A DNA stretch of 64,000 nt from an uncultured Prevotella sp. (GTDB lineage Bacteria; Bacteroidota; Bacteroidia; Bacteroidales; Bacteroidaceae): the NCBI GenBank assembly GCA_964386825.1, contig CAYLUI010000010.1:11797-75796 (forward strand), given 5' to 3'. The notes under the pieces are model-generated. The model was not told where the DNA came from and searched no databases. It was given only the letters and a program-made list of their open reading frames with translations. The stretch's first letter is position 1. Each line of letters begins with the position of its first letter. This document shows, in pieces, positions 47,082 through 56,905 of this stretch. Position numbers and translations under genes: made by a program.

Positions 47082-47815
47082 AGCAGTAAACTCTGAAGTA
47101 CATTCTTTTTAGCAAGCACAGCATCGCCTGGCAATACAGTAGCATGTCCTATGCGGATAGGAACGTTTATACCCGTCAACAAGGTCTTACGCATGTAAGA
47201 AGGATCTGTGCCTTTCACCCAGCCATTAAATCCTTTTATCTTTTGCAAGCCTTCCCAGTCACGGACGTGACCATAGGCAATGATTCCACGCTTGGAATTG
47301 GAATAGACTCCATTACCTAAATTGGAGCCTATCACTGTACCATACGATTCTTTGCCATAACAGTCAGCTACATAGACATCACCTTCCACTAAGGTCGTAA
47401 TTGCCCAGGAAACGGTACGCTTCTGCCGCCAGTTGCGACCTTCTTTCTTTCCTTCCTCGATGATTTGATTCTCCAGGTCAGGGCGTGCCGGCATAAATTG
47501 TGCCGTCACTGCCCTACCGGTCATTACCGCATCATCTGTGTCATGAATGAGAGCCCAGTCTCCTTCATATTGATTATCGTAGCCCAGCTCTATTAGTTCC
47601 GCCCAAGCTTCCTCAAGCGTCACTTTCTTCAACCGTTCCAATAAATCGTCAGACACTCTTGGCCTGCCATCTGCCATTCTCTCCCCTGTCCATTCTGAAG
47701 TCAGAGCTTTTATGTACTCTGGCGAAGCTCCTACTGTTTGAGCTAACACTGAAGAACAAGACATGCCACAAAGGAGTAGAAAGGCAAATCTAATAAAGAA
47801 ACTGGTTCTTTTCAT
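47078..47815 (-). CDS. RraA-family (class II aldolase/decarboxylase fold) protein with a lipoprotein-type signal peptide
   Basis: Signal 'MKRTSFFIRFAFLLLCGMSCSS'. RraA blocks are 'GDVYVADCYG', 'IIAYGHVRDWEGL' and 'VPIRIGHATVLPGDAVLAKK'. It ends before the usual 'DGVV.VP' strand. Confidence 0.65.
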   Translation of the reverse strand: MKRTSFFIRFAFLLLCGMSCSSVLAQTVGASPEYIKALTSEWTGERMADGRPRVSDDLLERLKKVTLEEAWAELIELGYDNQYEGDWALIHDTDDAVMTGRAVTAQFMPARPDLENQIIEEGKKEGRNWRQKRTVSWAITTLVEGDVYVADCYGKESYGTVIGSNLGNGVYSNSKRGIIAYGHVRDWEGLQKIKGFNGWVKGTDPSYMRKTLLTGINVPIRIGHATVLPGDAVLAKKNVLQSLLL

Positions 47816-47843
47816 GACACAAACATTTTTTAATCTATAGATT

Positions 47844-49715
47844 CTAATTTGACTTATAACCCGGATTTTGCTTCAGTTGCGGGTTCAGGACAAGTTCCTT
47901 TATAGGAATTGGATAGAGGTAATAGTAATCGAGGAAGCTTTTAGGCTTCAGACGATGCACTACATATCCTTCCTGATTAGCACTGGAAGCAACGTCATTA
48001 TAACCCAATATCTGGAGGGTATTCTTGTATTCAGAATTCTTCACATAGCAACCAGTCATCTGTTTATCAAGATAGTTACATTTCTTCCATCTGCGCAAGT
48101 CGTCAAAAGCGAAGTTCTCTGCAAACAGTTCTACAGACCGCTCACGACGAATCTCCCACAACAATGGAGGAACCGTCTGGTCACGATTAGGGTCAAAGCT
48201 ATCATTAATATCAGATACCACCATATTGGCCACGCCTGCACGCGGACGCAACTTATTGATTGTAATGTCTGCCACCGACTGGTCGAACTGGTCGAACTTG
48301 CCGAGCTCACACATTGCCTCTGCATAGTTAAGCATAGTTTCCTCAATGCGGAACTTTGCTATATCAGTAGTGTTCTGAGCATGTTTATTGAGACAGTCTG
48401 CGGTATTATAGTATTTCCAGAACCAATAACCATGATATCCTGTCATAGGATTTCCTCCCCTCTCCGGGTCAAGACGGAAACGAGGTGCATAGCCATTCAC
48501 AGTAGAGTTGTTCCATGCAAATCCAGGAAGAGTCTTTGTCCCATTAGAGATTTTCTGCATCAGATCAATATTCCCTGTATAGTCTATACTGTCCTGATAA
48601 GTCACAACATGAGTATCATTGCCAATAGTGATTTGCTCACCTACGCGATAACGTTTGTAATTACGGTCGTTGTTGCCTGTAACATTAAGTCTGTACGGAG
48701 GCAATATTGAGAAGAAGAGGCGAAGATCACGATTACGGAACTCCTTGTAAGGAGTCTTGTCTCCCTCATAAAGAGGACTTGCACCTATAGGTTTGCCATC
48801 ACTGCAAAGGTAAAGGTTTACAAGGTCTTTGGTTCCTTCGTAGCTATTGCCGGATGCTCCAGCCTGACGTCCGCCCTGGTGCCATAATCCAGCTTCATCA
48901 GAGTACTCAAAATAAAGCAGAACACCGGGAACCCCTGACAAACTCTCTGATGTAAAAAGTCTGCCATAGTTATCTGAGATATTAGGAACTGCGTCTATGA
49001 GTTTCTTAGAGTAGTTGGCACATTCATTGAGATATGTATCTGCACCATCAAGATCATGATACTTACGCCACGTACCTTCAAACAGAGTGAAACGAGAGAT
49101 GAGTGCCTGTACTACCTTCTGATTGATAGTGTTGTTGCCATCACCATCAGGTTTGATGTTCTCCTCTGCATATTTCAAGTCACGCAGAATATTCTCCGCA
49201 GTTTCGTCACGTGAAGCACGAGGTCCATAAAGAACATATTTGTCTCCCTCTCCAATGACATGTTCAACCCATGGCACGCCTCCATACTTAGAAAGCAGGT
49301 CGAAATACTTCAGCGAACGGAAGAAGAGTCCAACACTCCTCCAGTGAGCCTTATCAGCGTCTGTCATATTCGAGCCGTCTATATTGTCAAGCATTGTATT
49401 GACCTGACGAATGTAGCTATAGTCCCAATTGGAATTGCCTGTTTCCTCTGTAACGGTCTGATAAGCCCATGGATTGTTATTGGTGCCATTGTTGTTGACC
49501 ATCAAGTTGGAGTTGATGTCGGCATCCCAAGCACTTGTTGACGTAGAGCTGAATATGCTGTATAATCCCCAAGCATAAGTCTTGAAATTCTGATATGTCT
49601 TGAAAGCTGTTGTAGTGGTCTGCCTATCCTTTGGTTCTATTTCAAGATCGCTTGCGCAAGATACCAACATCAGACAAACGACAGCCAATATTGCACTTAT
49701 TTTATTCATTGTCAT
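47844..49715 (-). CDS. SusD/RagB-family outer-membrane lipoprotein
   Basis: Lipobox 'CLMLVSCASD' and C-terminus 'YLYPIPIKELVLNPQLKQNPGY'. Confidence 0.9.
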   Translation of the reverse strand: MTMNKISAILAVVCLMLVSCASDLEIEPKDRQTTTTAFKTYQNFKTYAWGLYSIFSSTSTSAWDADINSNLMVNNNGTNNNPWAYQTVTEETGNSNWDYSYIRQVNTMLDNIDGSNMTDADKAHWRSVGLFFRSLKYFDLLSKYGGVPWVEHVIGEGDKYVLYGPRASRDETAENILRDLKYAEENIKPDGDGNNTINQKVVQALISRFTLFEGTWRKYHDLDGADTYLNECANYSKKLIDAVPNISDNYGRLFTSESLSGVPGVLLYFEYSDEAGLWHQGGRQAGASGNSYEGTKDLVNLYLCSDGKPIGASPLYEGDKTPYKEFRNRDLRLFFSILPPYRLNVTGNNDRNYKRYRVGEQITIGNDTHVVTYQDSIDYTGNIDLMQKISNGTKTLPGFAWNNSTVNGYAPRFRLDPERGGNPMTGYHGYWFWKYYNTADCLNKHAQNTTDIAKFRIEETMLNYAEAMCELGKFDQFDQSVADITINKLRPRAGVANMVVSDINDSFDPNRDQTVPPLLWEIRRERSVELFAENFAFDDLRRWKKCNYLDKQMTGCYVKNSEYKNTLQILGYNDVASSANQEGYVVHRLKPKSFLDYYYLYPIPIKELVLNPQLKQNPGYKSN

Positions 49716-49737
49716 AACGATAAAAAATTATGATTAT

Positions 49738-52700
49738 TTAGAACGTTAAGTTAATGCCAAGCGTAAACTTACGCATTACCGGATAAATAGAGCCACCTTC
49801 ACTAACTCCTACCGCATAGCCACGTATCTGACTATCGGGATGGAGCCCGTCCGGCATATGATTTAGTGAGAACAAGTTCTCACCACCAATGAATACTGAG
49901 GCTGCGCCAATACCACACTTGGCAAGCAACTGATGAGGCAGACTATAGGAAAGCACGAGACTCTTCAAATCAATATAAGCACCATTGAGCAGATATCGAG
50001 TCTGTACTTGTGTGTTTGCAGAAGTATTATATCCATTCTTCGAATAAAGTCGTGGATAGAAAGCATTCTGTTTGTCTGCTCTCCAGTAGTTAAGCAAGTC
50101 GGTATATAAAGCATAATCATTAGCACTTGGAAGCGGTGCTGAATAGCTATTCCACATCCACAGATCACGCTTGCCAACTCCTGAGAACAAGAATGTTAGA
50201 TTCCAGCCCTTCCAACTTACGTTACCGTTAATACCAAAAGTATAGCGTGGGGTGGAATTACCAATGATACGGCGTGATCCTGGGTCATCAACAGTATTAA
50301 GTGATTTCCATACCTTACCGTCAGCATCAGCATTCTTATACATCATATCACCAGGATTAGGTGCAGCACCCTCGAAGTAAGGGATGCCTGGTTTCAACGT
50401 TCCACCAGTCAATTCTCCTGCACCAGTTGTTTTGAGCGTTCCTTCCACGAAATCGTCTACAGTATAGAGTCTGTCACTGACATAACCCCATATCTCACCT
50501 AACTTCATGCCTTCATAATATGGCATGTCAAGGCTCTTGGTAGGGTTGTTATACTTCATTATCTTCGACTGGGCATCACTCAGATTGAAACCGATGCTAT
50601 AAGCTACTTCACCTACCACATCACGCCAATTCATTTGCAATTCCCATCCATACGTACGCATATTGGCGGCATTCTGCAATGGAGCTGCAGCTCCTAGTAC
50701 AACAGGATAGTCTGCACCTGGGCCAAGCATATCAAGAGTTTCACGTCGGAAAATATCAAAGCTACCAGAGAGCCTGTCATCGAACAGTCCCCAATCAAGA
50801 CCGAAATTGGTTGTACGGACTTTCTCCCAAGTGAAGTTTGAACGTACAAGCACAGGAGTAGTGAGTGTAATAGGTCTCTCACCGTTAATTCCCCACATTG
50901 CCCTTGTTGAGTTCATAGTCGGCAAGTATGAATACTCTGCTATATTCTGATTACCTATACTTCCCCAGGATGCACGAATTTTCAAATTAGATATCCACTT
51001 GACATTTCTCAGGAAAGCCTCCTGATTGATACGCCAGCCAGCTGAGAAAGAAGGGAAGAATCCCCAACGGTGACCTTTAGGGAACTTGGAAGAACCATCA
51101 TATCTTCCCGATGCTTCAAGTAGATAGCGATCCATAAATGAGTAGTTAGCACGGTAGAACCATCCCCAGATAGCACTGTCTACATAACTATCATTTGTGG
51201 TAATCAATCCAGTAGCCTGACTGAGTGATGGCAAATTGTCATTAATCATCTCATTGCGGCTCGTAGAAAGCAATTCATATTCGGAGCGCTCAAAATTGGT
51301 ACCGCCGACAAAGGTAAAGTCATGCTCGCCCCACTTATTCTTGTATGTACCAAAAAGATTCAATGCATCATAATCGGTATCTGCCTTTTGAAGACGATAT
51401 ACAGAATAAGGTGTATTTGAAGGAACTAGAGTATTATCACGTGTGTCGGCAAAATCATCAAGTTTCTTATTATACGTCTTATTGGTATAGAATGTCTTAT
51501 TGATAGAGTATTCACCCGTAATGGTAAGTTGCTTGAAAGGCTTTATCAAGACACGTCCTATCATATTTGTCCTGTCATAGCGATTTTTCGCAGGAACAAT
51601 TCTTCTTAAAAAGTTCGCGGGAGTATAGTACTCATAGTAAGTGCCATTTATTGTAGTTCCGTCAGTTGGAGCAAAAGAAGGCTGGAAAATGGTCTGAGCC
51701 CAAATATCTCGGCCATTATTTCCCGATGCATCAGGGTCTGTTTTGTTGCTGTGGGTATACAGTACTGTCAGATCTGTAGTTAACCAATTAGTTATGTCGG
51801 CACTAACAAAAGAACTAATATTGTATCTTCTGAAGTAATCCTTGTTGGTTATAAGTATTCCATTCTGATCCAAATAACCGGCAGAAAAACGGTATTTCAC
51901 CTTTTCACCGCCACCGCTTACTGCCATGTCATAGATTTGCTGGAAACCTGTAGTAAGCATATCTTTTGTGGCATCAGTCTGCTTAAGGAAATAAGGGAAG
52001 CCATCCACCTCTGCATAACCATCTGGATAAGCTGACGGATCAGCCTTATATTTATCCAACAAATCTAGCCATGTGTCATAATCCTGTCCACCTTGGAACA
52101 CCTTATCACCTCTGCTCTTCAATGCGACGATAGTTTCATAAGGTGTTGCACGGGTAGGCAGCTCCTGAGGATTGCTCATCGACAACTTCGTTGACAAAGT
52201 CACAGTAGGCTTGCGTCCATGTTCTGATTTCTTCGTTGTAATAAGTATAACGCCAAATGCTGCACACGCACCATATATAGCTGAGGCAGAAGCATCTTTC
52301 AGTACGGAGACGGATTCTATGTCGTTAGGATTAATTGCAGAAATATCCATAGAGATTCCATCAACGAGTACTAATGGAGAGCCACCGTTGATACTTGAAG
52401 TTCCTCGGATTTGGAAGTTATAGCCAGAACCTGGCTCACCACTATTGCCGGTAAGTACCAAGCCTGGTACGTTGCCTACCAGAGCTTCGGCTATAGAGTT
52501 TACAGGACGGTCGGCTGCTATATCATCCATCTTCACCTGACTGACTGAACCGGTAAGATTGACTTTCTTTTGTGAGCCATAACCTACGACAACAACTTCG
52601 TTTAGCTCTTTCAAGTCGTCTGATAATGCTACGTCTATCGTTGTCAGATTATTAACTACTACCTCTTTAGGGGTATATCCTACGTAGGTAAACACCAGAG

Positions 52701-52911
52701 TTGTACCAGGCGAAGCCTTTACGCTGAATTTTCCATCAATGTCAGTGACACCTACAGTCGTACCATCACTTTTTTTCGTTACACTGACGCCAATTAACGG
52801 GTCATTGTTTTTCTTGTCTATTACATGACCGGTAATAGTCTTGAGGTTCTGTGCCCACAACATAGCAGGCATAAAAACCATCAAGAGAAATAATATTTTT
52901 AGTTTGGGCAT
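49738..52911 (-). CDS. SusC-type TonB-dependent transporter
   Basis: Start at ATG M40 ('MPKLKILFLLMVFMPAMLWAQ'). CarboxypepD_reg 'ITGHVIDKKNNDPLIGVSV', plug 'VVVGYGSQKKVNLTGSVS' and C-terminal 'TLGINLTF'. Confidence 0.9.
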   Translation of the reverse strand: MPKLKILFLLMVFMPAMLWAQNLKTITGHVIDKKNNDPLIGVSVTKKSDGTTVGVTDIDGKFSVKASPGTTLVFTYVGYTPKEVVVNNLTTIDVALSDDLKELNEVVVVGYGSQKKVNLTGSVSQVKMDDIAADRPVNSIAEALVGNVPGLVLTGNSGEPGSGYNFQIRGTSSINGGSPLVLVDGISMDISAINPNDIESVSVLKDASASAIYGACAAFGVILITTKKSEHGRKPTVTLSTKLSMSNPQELPTRATPYETIVALKSRGDKVFQGGQDYDTWLDLLDKYKADPSAYPDGYAEVDGFPYFLKQTDATKDMLTTGFQQIYDMAVSGGGEKVKYRFSAGYLDQNGILITNKDYFRRYNISSFVSADITNWLTTDLTVLYTHSNKTDPDASGNNGRDIWAQTIFQPSFAPTDGTTINGTYYEYYTPANFLRRIVPAKNRYDRTNMIGRVLIKPFKQLTITGEYSINKTFYTNKTYNKKLDDFADTRDNTLVPSNTPYSVYRLQKADTDYDALNLFGTYKNKWGEHDFTFVGGTNFERSEYELLSTSRNEMINDNLPSLSQATGLITTNDSYVDSAIWGWFYRANYSFMDRYLLEASGRYDGSSKFPKGHRWGFFPSFSAGWRINQEAFLRNVKWISNLKIRASWGSIGNQNIAEYSYLPTMNSTRAMWGINGERPITLTTPVLVRSNFTWEKVRTTNFGLDWGLFDDRLSGSFDIFRRETLDMLGPGADYPVVLGAAAPLQNAANMRTYGWELQMNWRDVVGEVAYSIGFNLSDAQSKIMKYNNPTKSLDMPYYEGMKLGEIWGYVSDRLYTVDDFVEGTLKTTGAGELTGGTLKPGIPYFEGAAPNPGDMMYKNADADGKVWKSLNTVDDPGSRRIIGNSTPRYTFGINGNVSWKGWNLTFLFSGVGKRDLWMWNSYSAPLPSANDYALYTDLLNYWRADKQNAFYPRLYSKNGYNTSANTQVQTRYLLNGAYIDLKSLVLSYSLPHQLLAKCGIGAASVFIGGENLFSLNHMPDGLHPDSQIRGYAVGVSEGGSIYPVMRKFTLGINLTF

Positions 52912-52948
52912 AATTGTGATTATATTTTTTAAGGTAATTAATAAAGAA

Positions 52949-53788
52949 TCATAGACCAGAATCACTAAGGAAACCTCCGTCAACAGGAACTGTGATGCCA
53001 GTAACAAAACTTGCCTTCGCATCGTCAATCAGCCAATCTATGCATCCTACCAGTTCATCAGCCTCGCCGAAACGTCCCATTGGGGTGTTATGAATAATAT
53101 TAGCACCACGACTACTGTAGCTACCATCAGAGGTGAGAAGTAACTTACGACTACGGTCGTTGAGAATAAAGCCCGGAGCAACCGCATTAACGCGGATGTT
53201 TGCCGGAGCCAGATAGGCAGCCAGCCATTGCGTGAAGTTGGATATACCAGCCTTGCTCAGAGCATACGCCGGCACTCGCGAAAGAGGACGATAGGTATTC
53301 ATCGAGGCAAAGTTGATGATATTGCCGCCACCTGCTTCTATCATGTCCTGAGCAAAGAGTTGTGATGGTATCACTGTTCCCATTATATTTACATTTATGA
53401 CATCAAGGAAACGCTCTGTGTCAAGATTGAAGAAACCTCGGACTCCTTCTGCGCCTTGCAGCTCTTTCTGGTCATAACGGTTAATGGTACAGACTGCATC
53501 AGGCTGATTGCCTCCAGCTCCATTGATGAGCACCGTGCACAGCCCTACCTCAGAGCGTACCCTATTGCGAAGAGCCTCAACCTGCTTGCGGTCTTTAACA
53601 TCGCAAGTCATTGGTATGCACTTGCCTCCATCCTTGAGGATGTTGGCTTCTGTTATCTTAAGTTTCTCTAGGCTGCGGCCTACCAGTACCACAGTATATC
53701 CTCTATTTGCCAGCACACGTGCAACTACGGAGCAAATAGTACCCCCAGCACCAGTTACTACTACAATTTTGTTTTCCATAAGTTTCAT
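52949..53788 (-). CDS. SDR-family oxidoreductase (UxuB-type fructuronate/D-mannonate oxidoreductase candidate)
   Basis: Cofactor motif 'VVTGAGGTICS' and catalytic 'YALSKAG'. No signal peptide. It is adjacent to uxaC. Confidence 0.75.
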   Translation of the reverse strand: MKLMENKIVVVTGAGGTICSVVARVLANRGYTVVLVGRSLEKLKITEANILKDGGKCIPMTCDVKDRKQVEALRNRVRSEVGLCTVLINGAGGNQPDAVCTINRYDQKELQGAEGVRGFFNLDTERFLDVINVNIMGTVIPSQLFAQDMIEAGGGNIINFASMNTYRPLSRVPAYALSKAGISNFTQWLAAYLAPANIRVNAVAPGFILNDRSRKLLLTSDGSYSSRGANIIHNTPMGRFGEADELVGCIDWLIDDAKASFVTGITVPVDGGFLSDSGL

Positions 53789-53811
53789 CTTCAAATGTTG
53801 GTATAAATAAG

Positions 53812-55182
53812 TTATCTTTCAAAACACCATTGTTTTGGATTGTCATAGCATATAGCTTTAATTAGATGTCCTATCCACTTCTCATCACAAGGGAATATTC
53901 CAGACTGCATTTTCTCTGTCACAAAAGAGCAAAGTATGCGACGAAAATAATCGTGACGCGAATATGATAACAAGCTACGCGAATCTGTCGTCATGCCTAC
54001 AAAGTGACTCAAGAGTCCATAGCTTGCGAGAGTGCGGAGCTGGCTTGTAATTCCCAGCAAGTGATCATTCCACCACCAGGCTGGTCCCAACTGTATCTTT
54101 CCAGAAACGCCATCTTCTGCAAACGAGCCAGTCAGCGTTGCTAAAGCTGCATAATCTGACGGATTGAGCGAATAGAGTATAATCTTTGGCAGTGTACCTG
54201 CCTTCTCTGCATCATCAAGCAATTGCACTATACTGCCAATATCGCAAGGACTGCCTATAGTAGCATAGCCGCCTGCCGCTCCAGTAAGTGTACGCAATCG
54301 GCTGCTTGTATAGCGTTGCGCCCCTATGTGCAGTTGCACTACCCAATGGCGTTTAGCATACATTTGCAGAAGTTTGTGGAGCACGTATGAGCGCAACTGC
54401 ATAAGTTCCGTTTCCGTAACTTGTTGGTCTTTCAACAGACGGTCAAAGATTCCTGACGCCAATGAAGGCTCTGGCAGCTCATAACGATAGCCTGCATCGA
54501 GAGCATGGTCAGTTATACGGCAGTTAACCGAATGGAAATCGTCAATACGTTGTTCTACTGCTGCGAGGTAAGACAGAAGGTCATCAAACCGCAACTGTGC
54601 CATCCAGTCTTTGCGGAATGCCAGTATACTATCGCCTCGCAGTGATGGTCGAACCTCAATACCAGACTTCAGACTTGCCTTATGATGCAGGCTGACATCA
54701 CTGAGCAAATCATCTGATGTGCAAGCAGTCTCCACATTCCAGAACTTCAACAGTGATATTGGAGTGACTGAGCGTTCAGCAAGCTGCCGGTTGCACTCAT
54801 TCCATACAGCCTCACCATTATCTGCCGACAGAAGTTCATCAATGCCAAAGCCCCTTTTCAATTCCATTGCTGACCAGTGAAACAATGGATTGCCCAATGT
54901 GTAAGGGCACGTCTCAGCCCACGCCATAAACTTGTCATGAGTAGAGGCATTTCCTGTAATGCAGCTTTCTGGCAAGCCATGTATACGCATTGCCCTATGC
55001 TTATACGGATCAGCAGCAACCCAAATAGCACCAATATCAGTAAGAGGATTGTTGTCAGCCAGACCATGAGGGTCAATATGACTGTGATAGTCCACTATTG
55101 GCAACGCCTTGGCATAGTTCTCATAGAGACTGGCTGCCAGATCGCTCGTGAGCATGAAACGCTCTGTTATAAACTCACTCAT
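53812..55182 (-). CDS. uxaC: glucuronate isomerase
   Basis: 456 aa. The N-terminus 'FITERFMLTSDLAASLYENYAKALPIVDYHSHIDP' matches the UxaC pattern, including the 'DYH.H' metal motif. Confidence 0.9.
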   Translation of the reverse strand: MSEFITERFMLTSDLAASLYENYAKALPIVDYHSHIDPHGLADNNPLTDIGAIWVAADPYKHRAMRIHGLPESCITGNASTHDKFMAWAETCPYTLGNPLFHWSAMELKRGFGIDELLSADNGEAVWNECNRQLAERSVTPISLLKFWNVETACTSDDLLSDVSLHHKASLKSGIEVRPSLRGDSILAFRKDWMAQLRFDDLLSYLAAVEQRIDDFHSVNCRITDHALDAGYRYELPEPSLASGIFDRLLKDQQVTETELMQLRSYVLHKLLQMYAKRHWVVQLHIGAQRYTSSRLRTLTGAAGGYATIGSPCDIGSIVQLLDDAEKAGTLPKIILYSLNPSDYAALATLTGSFAEDGVSGKIQLGPAWWWNDHLLGITSQLRTLASYGLLSHFVGMTTDSRSLLSYSRHDYFRRILCSFVTEKMQSGIFPCDEKWIGHLIKAICYDNPKQWCFER

Positions 55183-55194
55183 AGTAGTAACAGC

Positions 55195-55923
55195 TTAAAA
55201 ATAGCCCCCGTTCTTTACCATTTCAACAGCTGAGAAGCCTGGGCTAACCCATCCGCGCATCTCACGTTCATTGCGTTTTATCTCCTCTGCCCTTAGCAGC
55301 ACGTCGTAGGCTATTGCACGCGGCACTACCACTACTCCATCAATGTCTCCAAAGATGACATCTCCCGGTTTAATGTAAACCTTGCCTATGCGCAAAGGCA
55401 CCTGATAGCCGGTAATCTTAGTACGGCCTAAAGAGCCATTTGATGAACGGTAGCGGTAGAACACAGGAAAGTTCAGAGCCAACACCTGCAAGGTGTCACG
55501 CAGACCTCCGTTGATGACAGCGCAGCGCGCTCCACGTGCGATAGCCGATGCCGTCATAACCTCGCCCCAGTGGGCTGCCTCTACTTCTTCACCGGCATCC
55601 CACACAACGCAGCAGCCTTTAGGCATGGCATCTAACATCTGTGCACGGTAGTCCATCTCACCATCTACTGTCGGGTCTGGATTACTTCTGATGGTAAATG
55701 CAATGCCACATGTAGGCTTTTCCGTGCGAAGAGGTATAATATTGACGGGTAATGCCTGATCCATGAAAGTAAACTCACGCAAAACATCATTCACTGCACC
55801 GGTATAAAGTTTCTCATAGCGGTCGCACAATTCACTTTCAGAGATAGGAAACTCTGTATTGTCTACCTTATCAAGCTTTTCGCGGAGCTTGTCAAGATTC
55901 ATCATATTCTTGTTCTGACTCAT
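55195..55923 (-). CDS. RraA-family protein (putative 4-hydroxy-2-oxoacid aldolase/oxaloacetate decarboxylase fold), cytoplasmic
   Basis: Blocks 'CVVWDAGEEVEAAHWGEVM', 'VINGGLRDT', 'NFPVFYRY' and 'VPLRIGKVYIKPGDVIFGDIDGVVVVP'. No signal peptide. Confidence 0.8.
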   Translation of the reverse strand: MSQNKNMMNLDKLREKLDKVDNTEFPISESELCDRYEKLYTGAVNDVLREFTFMDQALPVNIIPLRTEKPTCGIAFTIRSNPDPTVDGEMDYRAQMLDAMPKGCCVVWDAGEEVEAAHWGEVMTASAIARGARCAVINGGLRDTLQVLALNFPVFYRYRSSNGSLGRTKITGYQVPLRIGKVYIKPGDVIFGDIDGVVVVPRAIAYDVLLRAEEIKRNEREMRGWVSPGFSAVEMVKNGGYF

Positions 55924-55936
55924 TTTGTATAATGTT

Positions 55937-56905
55937 TTATTTTACATTGCTTTTTTCCATTAATCCTTTCAGGTAACCTGTGGCAAAGATGTGTCCCAGC
56001 ATCTCGTATGCCGGATTGTCTCCGCTCTCTCCTGCCATGACAGGGGCATGATCTGTTCTGACGATACCGTTAAAACCTACTTCATCATAAGCCTCAACAC
56101 AAGCTTTCATGTCTGTCATGCCCTCATCATGGAATGTTTCCTGAAACTTCTCTGCCGTTCCCTTAAGGTCTCGGAAGTGCACAAAGAATATTTTCTTCAT
56201 TTTTCCATAGTGACGAATCACTTCCGGGATATTTTCACCCATTGCGGCAAAGGAGCCTTGGCAGAGCGTTATACCGTTGTATTCACTGGGATAGAGTTCA
56301 AGGGCTTTATCGATATTCTCCACACTACGGAAGATGCGAGCCACACCTTGCAGTTTTGGAACTGGCGGATCGTCTGGATGCAACGCAAGTTTAACCTTGC
56401 AATCTTCTGCCACAGGCAGTATCCGGTCCATAAACCACTTGTAGTTATCCCATATTTTCTCATCGCTGACATCTTCCGCTTCAGTGCGTAAAGGTGCTTT
56501 ATCAACAAGTGAAGCATCGAAGGCTGTCACCAAGGCTCCGCCTCTTCCTCGCTTTGAAAATGAAGTACGAAACCAGCCTGACTGTGGCATGAAGTTGTAG
56601 CACATTGTGGATATATGGAGTGCCGACATATTTTTGAGCACTTGCTTGAAATGCTCCAGTTCCTCCTCACGGCCGGGGAGTCCGAGTTTTATGTGGTAGT
56701 GTGGCGGCGCTGGCTCAATGACCTGAAGGTCTAAGCCTGCATCCGCCAGGCTTTGTTTGGAATAGAGCATCGCCTTGAAGTCCCACGGCTTCATGTAGTA
56801 TTTCTCTGGAGGCAAGGCCGCAACGGCATAGTCTACTCCCAACTGCTTTGCCACCTGCCACTTAATGCTGGGCAATGTGGGCAAATACCATGCTATTTTC
56901 ATCAT
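55937..56905 (-). CDS. uxuA: mannonate dehydratase (short form lacking the insertion domain)
   Basis: It aligns by eye to E. coli UxuA at 'STMCYNFMP' (compare 'RTVCYNFMP'), 'LALHPDDPPVP' (compare 'MAVHPDDPPRP'), 'ITLCQGSF', 'IFFVHFR' and 'IVRTDHAP' (compare 'IPMRPDHGH'). Confidence 0.82.
   Translation of the reverse strand: MMKIAWYLPTLPSIKWQVAKQLGVDYAVAALPPEKYYMKPWDFKAMLYSKQSLADAGLDLQVIEPAPPHYHIKLGLPGREEELEHFKQVLKNMSALHISTMCYNFMPQSGWFRTSFSKRGRGGALVTAFDASLVDKAPLRTEAEDVSDEKIWDNYKWFMDRILPVAEDCKVKLALHPDDPPVPKLQGVARIFRSVENIDKALELYPSEYNGITLCQGSFAAMGENIPEVIRHYGKMKKIFFVHFRDLKGTAEKFQETFHDEGMTDMKACVEAYDEVGFNGIVRTDHAPVMAGESGDNPAYEMLGHIFATGYLKGLMEKSNVK

Noticed and set aside
47868-48710. 280-aa plus-strand ORF antisense to the SusD gene. 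Similar long antisense ORFs occur at 14759..15559, 16740..17477, 10524..11054, 29069..29641 and 60034..60579.
   Set aside because: All overlap strongly supported minus-strand genes, start with non-ATG codons or lack any motif, and have Ile/Leu/Cys-rich junk composition.
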